Position numbers and translations under genes: made by a program. From Glycera tridactyla (lineage: Eukaryota), in the NCBI GenBank assembly GCA_965644265.1, contig OZ286463.1, positions 81,406,001 through 81,470,000 of the forward strand: a DNA stretch of 64,000 nt, written 5' to 3'. The notes beneath the pieces are model-generated. The model was not told the DNA's origin and did no database searches. It saw nothing but the letters and a program-made list of their open reading frames with translations. Shown here in pieces: positions 51,901-60,900 of the stretch; positions within the stretch are counted from its first letter, which is position 1; each line of letters begins with the position of its first letter.

Positions 51901-54900
51901 ACCAGAATAATGAGACGTCTCGCCGGCGGAATGAAGGTACCGTGAAAGTCAGTGCGTCGATTAAAAGGGTGAAGCCATGTAGTACAATCAAAATCACTTC
52001 GAATGCCCCTCCTTTGCAGAGGTCACTTATCATTGGATTAATTATAATCGATGGATCAATATTCAATACTTTGGAGAAAATAACATAAAGAAATTTTGAT
52101 AATTCTCACTAGATGGGGGGGGGGGATCGACCGTTTCACATGATTTTGAGATGAGGTGGAATTTTTTAGCATCTTTTTGTATGAAGATGGTGTATCATAA
52201 GTATACTCAAAAAAACGTTATCCATGATATAAAATGTATCTTTTTTACATTGAAACTCAACCAATTTTCTCTATGCTTCACAGAAAACCCTCTTACCTCG
52301 GCTGAAGTATATTCATCAGATTACCTCGAAAAAGAGACTCTCTCATTCAGATGATTACATCTTCCTTGATTCATATTACAGAATATGGATATATCTCGGT
52401 CGGATATATTCACCTCGGAATATTTCTCACTGATTAACATGGAGTATCTAAAATGGCATTGGGTGACTCGAATGCATCATCTAGTTATCAAGCATCACCC
52501 GAGAAGCGGTTACCAGGACGTTATAGTACACATGTGTCTAACACATGGAATATTTCTTTCAGAGATTATTTCCGTTGGCCGCTCCCGTATTGACTAGAAA
52601 GAGACAGGTGGTAACACTCGAACAAACAATGGACTTCCTGATGAGAGCCAATGCGGAGTCTCCAGATGTAAGCTGCATACTCGTCTCCATAGTCTCCCCT
52701 TTACTATGCGTAATTTGACTCGAATTAGAATATTACCTCCAATTTATCTCCATGTTCATACTGGTGTGATGATAAATTGATGAGAGGGACTTCATCAATG
52801 ATCGAATAGATACAAAAACAATTCGTTAGTTATCTCATGAGAACTGAATTAGAAGTTATCACACTTCATTACATTATCGACTGGAGATGTGTTGGAAAAC
52901 ACATGATATATTGAAAAATGAAGCTGGTTGAAGATATCCACACAAGTTTGTCTATTTATTCCTCGGGGAAAACATAGGTGAGTTACGAGTATAAGCACAG
53001 GAAAAGGTTTTCCTCGTGAGTTCAATCCACATAGATAAATTCTTAAATGACCTGAACTCTCTAGTTGATATGACCTGAATGAAAAAAGTAGTCGCCGATG
53101 TCGTGGTAGTTACTAAAAAGTGTCCTTTCAGTGCATATTTTATCACATGCAGTGCATCCATGCAACTTGAAGTACGTTTGGTGGTAGGACGAAATGAATG
53201 CATATATTAAGAGGATCATCAATAGAATGGTATCGATGTTGGATGTTGTGACTCGCCCAATCAATGGATCAGATAATTGAATGAGTCTTTTGACCGACAT
53301 ATTTTTTAATGCGCGGTATAAAAGCTGCTGCTCCCACTGCAGGTGTCATCACTTCTTATCGTCTACTCATTGAGAGGTGCATACTCTAATTTTAAAAGAA
53401 TGGAATTGAATCCTTCTAAGCATGCTCTGAAAAATGACAGTTACTATCAATTTCTCTTTTCTAGAATGTGACGGTGACTTCAGTTTCACTTTTAAAGTGC
53501 TGAAAGTCAAATTTGACTTTCTCGGTACGCTTCCTTCTTGATAGCCTCCGTCATGTACCGTATGCGACACAATCAGAATTTTATGGGGACATCATCTAAG
53601 ATACGATGTTTTTGCGATATTTCCACCGCCCGCAGTGAGAACTTAGTATTACTGGTATTTCACCTATCTCAGATAGACACTGTTCATTTATTTCAATTAC
53701 AGGAAATCAAAATCACCAGAGGAGAAATGCAACAAGTGATGCCAGCAATTGAGGAATCACCGAATGCAGTCAGTGTGAGTTATATACGTCATGAACATAT
53801 ACACCATATACTTCCATAAAGTTAGCCAAGTATATCTAATTTCACCGATACACTCGCAGCACGTGGAAAACGGATACTCGTCATTTCAACTGTCAAGTTT
53901 TAAAAAGAAACGCCATTCTAACAATCTGCACGAGAGTAACACATCTGCAGGAAAAGTAAAAGTGGTATACCTTGATGAGCTGCAGTAATACCTAATACTC
54001 ACTCTGTATAGAATATCACATACCTGTTGCCACATACAAGTCCCCGTGCTCCGGTATGCTGCCCGAAACATTGGTATTCGACCTCTTTATCACGCGTTCC
54101 CTATTCTTCCCTTCTTTCGAATAGTCATATTTGACTTGGCCCATAAGCCCAGGTCTTTCTAACAACATATCAGTATCTATCTCCTTACATCGCCAATTAA
54201 GGTCTTCTCCTACATACACACTCAGCTGGTCTAGATGTGTGCAAACCATTTTTAACACCATTTATATGTCATAATTCCTTTTGTATAAGTCATCTTTATG
54301 CTCTTATATTCTGGGAGCAAGTGATCCTTGGGGACCATACACAGTGATCCTTGGAGGCCTACTTCAGGGCTTGATTTCTTGTCTAGGGTAGCTCCCGCTC
54401 CCTGGTGCTCAGTCATGTAGAATTACTATTTTCGCTTCCCCCCTGATGATGGACGCCCAGAGTCCGAAAAGCTTCGTGGGAAAATGTTTTGTTTTCTTGT
54501 CTGAGATCTTCTGTGAACACCAGGAAGATTAAAATGGAAGTGTGGAGCTCAAGTCTGAGTTGTGTCTTCTCCTCTTCAAACTCATATAATATCTGTAGTG
54601 TAATGGTTTTCTGAAAGATCAAGGTGAACTCCTTCATCGTCTTCCTTGAAGGCAATCTTGCTGATATCAACTGCACCTAGATATGCTGAAAGTTGGATAG
54701 TATTCTGCGAAACACCGATAGCGATATAAATACGGTATCCGAAAAAAACTATGGATGGATGGTCTGACCTTTGTCAACATCAGAATAAGGCCCCGTCTCA
54801 TACTTCGGAATCAAAAATTACTTCCCACATATTCGTCATTTTCTGCAGGAAGATGACCAATTGCACAAAGAGGAGCTTGAGCTGAATGAACAGTTTCAAG

Positions 54901-57900
54901 TCTTCGTGCGACAGATCGAGGAGGCACTCATTCTCATGACTGACAAGAAGCCACAAAAAGGCAAAAGTAAGTCTACCAAATATTTCAACTTCATCTGAAA
55001 AAAAGGAAGAGGATTAGGGCCAGAAGAAGTGGGTTTGAGCGAAAAATGAGTGGATAGTTTATGTGTCGAGGTGTCTGATATCGAATCCGTGTGTTCATGT
55101 TAACCATCAGATGAGACTGACAATGGGTTTTAGGGATATAACAAGTGTTCTACGATGATCCCAAGGAGCAGAAATATGATGGGATTTCAAGATGTAACGT
55201 CAGGGCAATCTGTGCAATTGCAATGCGGTAAAACCCAACCACAGCAACCTGAAGTTCCCATCCAGACAAAATAGGGGAGGACATCATCAGGACATCTTAC
55301 TTTCAACACCTTTAAGACCAGACTCAAAACACATTTGTCCAATCTTGCTTTTTTCACCAACTTGATTTTATGCCTTGCTTTTCAGGTACATTTTCATGTA
55401 AAGCACTCTTGAGCTTATTATCAAGTGGATAAGCAATCTCTTGTAGTGAAGACGAAAACGATTTGAGTTACAAATTTCACAAAGTCTGCCGATTTCAAAC
55501 ACGTGTATATACATCACATAGATGGATCCGAATCCGAGCAATCAGAACTTCTACTTAGTCGGTTGACCAATCGATACTTGGCTGGCACCATTGTGACAAT
55601 CTATATGATCTGTACTTCCACTAAAGTAGGTAACATTTTATAGATTTAACTGAACGAAACGCATTGGTCAAACTCATACACGCAACTCACATGCCAATGC
55701 GTACTTGGCTATAGGCCGTAATGATGATGATGAGAGATAGCCATGCGTTTCATATGCGAGGGTATACAAAGAAGTAATCCGGCGGTGTTGAACAAGGCCA
55801 AAGTTTCAAATTACCAGGCTTCAAACCACTGCAATATCATGAAAGAACTGTAGTGAGCTTGAAGACGATTTTTCATAGGACTCAATTCGCTTGATTCCGG
55901 AATGGACCTGTCAGACTTTGCAGTGAGTTGAGAGTTGATTATTAAATTGTCATCGATATTTCCAGGTGCAATAGGACGTGCTAAAGATGACTTGGCAGGT
56001 GATAAAGGCTTTCGGTCTTTTATCAGAGTATTCATAGACGATAGTCGCTCGAAAGATGTGGCCGAGAAATACCAGCCTCTCGTTGTTATCATAGACCATT
56101 TACGGTAAGTACAAGTGAATGTAGTTGAGATCTAGATCAAGTGATCGAATGATCGAAGTTAAATGACATGTATCAACCTGAAGAATGTTTCATGACGTGT
56201 CTTGCAAGTCTATGGATCACGAACCCTGAACACAAAATTAAGGAGAACCAGACACGTTGCCAGCCGGACGTAGCTGACATATCAGGAACACCTCTACAAG
56301 CCTGATATAACACGATGGCTCACATGAGCGCGTAATACGACCCACGAGGTCATGTGTGAATTTGTAACATATATCACTATCTATTATGTACAAATGTTCT
56401 AATGCAATAGTAACTCACTTACCTGATAGTGGTGTACATACCCCATTATCGACGGACACACAGGGCGCAACTCATGTAATGCACAACGGTCAATGCATCA
56501 CTTATGCCATATACCTCCATACCATTTTTCCAACAGAGGTTCCACAATCAGATAATTTTCAATTTAACAAAGCGTCAGTGAAAGGGGTGATTGGTCATGG
56601 GGGATCATAAGCGAAATGCAAGCTGGTATGAAACGGGTAATCGGAACATTTCTGTTTGTTCTGTTCCTGATAGCCGTAGTAGTGTGAGGGAAAGGGTTGG
56701 TAAATCGACCAAGCAGGATGAAAGAGTTGACACGTACTGCCTACATATCCTGAAGTTCATCTTAGAGACCAAGATCCGTGATCTTCCTACAAACTGGAAG
56801 AATCGCAGACAAAGAAAAAGTTCACGGTAAGTACATTTTATACTTCCGGTTGAAGACATTGCATTTAGCAATGATGACTTCAGCTGGTTTTTGAATGACA
56901 AACACCTCAGTCTTTTACTCAATTTCGCCTCATACAAAGAAACTCAAACGATTGGATATTATCTCCAATTGCCTCGCCTCTTCTGTTCCTCCTTGATCCC
57001 TTATCGCGGCATAGAAACCATCAGATCTGTGTGAGTATACACAAGTCTTGTTTTGTATGGGTACATGTATGAGTCAGTGTAGACGTAGTTTCATGCTGAA
57101 ATGGTGTGATAGATTCTTCAATCTGTGACTAAATAATTTGCAAATTTGGATAGACGAACACCAGAACGAACTATGAAATATAAAACATTCAAACATTTCG
57201 GACGAGACTTCGTTGTTTGCCTGCCTGTTCAGATGAAGATACGACTTCATTGCTAGACGCTCACCGTCTAGGTCATGCTGCTTCACCTATGTAAGCTGAG
57301 AATGATATTTGAACTACTGACATCCGAGGTACAGCGACTTTTTTCGTGCACCATGTCTTTATCATCAACCGCCAGCTGATCACAGGTTCCTGAGATGGCG
57401 TCACGCGACGGCTTCCGCTTCCTTACGATGTTCCTCCTGTAAAACATGAAATGTTACCTGTTATTCACTTGTAAAATTCCCCACGATCATCATCATCATC
57501 ATTATCATCATCATCATCATTTTGCTGCCAGCTAATTGTCATGTTTCATCAATGTTCCCGGAAAAAAGGCATGATAGATATCGAATAATACCCTCATATT
57601 TTGTTTTATTAGCAATATCTCCGCGGGGGTCTCCTGAGACACTCGAATATGCATGGACTGCTGATATACTGGCTTGGGTTACTGAGAGAAATACGAAATA
57701 TATGGTTATATAGAGATGACTTGGGTGATGCCAATACTGCGTTTGATTTTCTTAGACTACTGAGCGAAATACACGAGATACAGAACTTCTTTGTGGACCA
57801 TGGCCTAGTGGATGCGCTACAGCTGATGATGATGCGTCTCGAGGATAAAGACATACAACAGGAGGTGCTTGCCCTCTACGGTGCACTGCTCTTCGGTGCA

Positions 57901-60900
57901 AATCCCTACGTGCAGGTCAGTGAATTAGAGTCATCACAGGCCGACCCGGAACGCTTCGACAGTACCCATTGGCTATGACCCCCCCCCCCCCCCCCCCCGG
58001 CCAATCATGTACAGTACGACCAGAATTCAGCAACTACCCTCGGGAATGAATGGTGTTTGCTCAAGACAGGTAGTTGCTCGATACAGGTGAATTACAGTAC
58101 AAGACATCCTGGTGGGATATTGAAGAGTGATTGCTTAAGACTTGCCCTTTCAGTACAGAATCTGTCTCTCTCCCTGTCTCCATCTATTTGGCATCTATGG
58201 ATCTGCTCTGTCAGTCTGTCTGTCTGTCTGTCTGTCTCTGGCTCCCTCTCCCTATCTCTCTTTTTCTTCTTCTCCTCTCTCTCCTCCCTCTCTCTCGCGC
58301 ACACACATTTGTTGAAGTGAATGGCTCCGATTTCGATGATTCTCACCTTTCCGTGAGAAACCAGCCGGGGGAGCATTGGTTGATGTAAAACCATTGCATG
58401 TTCGTCTCATGCAACATTGACGAGAAAACAACCGATCAGAATGTCAATCTCTGCACTCGTGTGTGGGAATGTCTGATTTCATGATCATTTTTCAGGATTC
58501 AACAGTTGAACATTTCTCGAACACTAAAGAAGAAGTATTCGTGTTAATATTGAGAGGTATATTCGAGCAATGGACCCAGTTAGCGAAAGAACGGTGAGTA
58601 CCTTACAAATACCGTTACCGGTAGGCATGGTCTGTTAACAACACCCATATAAGTACATCGGCTTGACTCAATGTCAATCCAAGGGCACATACGCAGAACG
58701 AAGATTATACTGGCTAATCGACACTGACATGGTATTCGAGTTGCATATTGTTTATCTATCATTTCCTTAATTGTTAAGCGGGCAGGGATACACAACAATA
58801 CGAAAATGGTCATGTTATCTTGTCTTAATTTTTGGTGCCTAGCAATATGAATATTGTCATTTAGCACACACTCGAGGTGAGCATAATTATCACCCTTGCT
58901 GAGCATATACAGTCGAACCTGTCTATAAAGACCGCCTTCGGTCACATCAAAAAGCGGTCTTTATGGGCAGGTGGTCTTCATAGAGAGGTCATTTACTGTT
59001 GAAAATACTACCACGGTCGCAGCTCAGGCGGTCTTTATAGAGAGGTGGTCTTTATAGAGAGGTGGTCTTCAGAGCAGGTTCGACTGTAGTTCAAAAGCCA
59101 AACAAACAGTTGAAGATCAGAAGCAATCTACGAAAACTTTCTCATGTCATACATACTGGTGTCTTTATATGAAACAACAAGAAATAAAACAAGTGTTTTT
59201 CTTTCAGAAAGTCAATCGACGCACAGCGAAAACGGAAATCACATGTCGAAGACAGACCTGACCCGATGAATATTCAACAAGACGATTCTAGGCTAGATGT
59301 GGGTACATCCACAATATCGACCGACTTACACAAATAGGCGTCTGAGACCGGTTCCAATTTTGGGTATCTCATTGACACACAGACACAAACACACATACAC
59401 ACACACCTTTGAAATTTCAAAATTCTTGCTTTTGCTGCGTGTCATCTGAGCAATTATTGTCATTCCAGACATGCGATTCACTTATATATCTCCAAGTTGA
59501 CTTGTCATACGAGTGATGGAATAGCAGTTTTACCAAGAATCGTGGCGATTACGTTTTGATCATGTTAGTCGATGGCTGTACACCGGAATTAAAGGGGGTG
59601 GTGGGGTTGGTGGTTACGACAGAAGCTGGGGTAAGAAGGATCCAGCTCGTCTCTTTCTGGTAGAAAAGAACGATGTGGCTATGGAAGAAATCCATGAGGT
59701 GCCATCAGGATCAAGGCAGGGGCTTCCACTGAAAATACTCGACAAATACAGTACGACCACAACTGAAGTAAGTGACAAATGGAAATTCGATGCCATTTCC
59801 CCGTCATTTTCGCATCGATCGTGAGGATATTGATGATGGAGGATTGAAATACCGGAAATTCCCTAATTGTACATCAGCAATGATTATTATGATCCTTGGT
59901 TCAGTCGGCGGTGATTATGTGCATGACTTTCAATCTATAAATAGATAAATACTTCGTGACTTGGAATGGGATCCCCTTGCGCATGAAATGGAATAAATCA
60001 ATTGCTTTTCTCATCATGATGATCTAAATAATTTGATGCTTTTTTGGACAGGCATATCGAGATACTTGTAAATCGGCCATGCATTGTTCACAGACATCTG
60101 ACGGATGTGGTGGTGAGAGCTGGCGTGGAATACATGTTGGAGTTAGTTTCCACCTGTATATCAACAAGCTAATGTCATCGCTTCTGGTTGCAGGCTGTTG
60201 AAAAAGTGAGAAAGGAAAGTGACACAGATGCTGACATGCTGCTGACTTCAACAGATGATGACCTACTCGACCTTGTTATGCGCATGCTCGGAGCCCTCTG
60301 TGATGGAAAACATACCAAACTACAGGTCAGCTCAGATATCAAACCCCCATACACTGATTGAATGATTGATAGAATTATTGTTTCGGGGGACCTGAAGAAA
60401 AATGTTCCTTAATAGGATGCCCAGTCCCCTGAAACTTGCTCTGCGAAACGGAAGTAGGTCATGATCTACTTAATAAGTGTTTGGTNNNNNNNNNNNNNNN
60501 NNNNNNNNNNNNNNNNNNNNNNNNNNNNNNNNNNNNNNNNNNNNNNNNNNNNNNNNNNNNNNNNNNNNNNNNNNNNNNNNNNNNNNNNNNNNNNNNNNNN
60601 NNNNNNNNNNNNNNNNNNNNNNNNNNNNNNNNNNNNNNNNNNNTGTGACCATGTCGTCCATCCACTCTGCTAAGATAGGGATCCGCTCGCCCTGGATGAA
60701 TCAGGAAAGTACGAACAGTCCTTCGTTAGTTTAATTCCTCATCAATTCCAACGAAGTGTTCTTATTGCTGTAGCGCACTGAACCTTCTTGGCTTCGTCGT
60801 CGTGTGATATATCGGTCGATTCAGCAGATCGTCTTTTTGACGAAGTGTTATTGTTATTTCGTCTCCAGAACTATCTACGCTGGCAGCCTGATAACCTACG

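Noticed and set aside
54016-54261. Minus-strand ORF with an ERV.KR..IP string reminiscent of CR1 ORF2
   Set aside because: Similarity too weak to call by eye.
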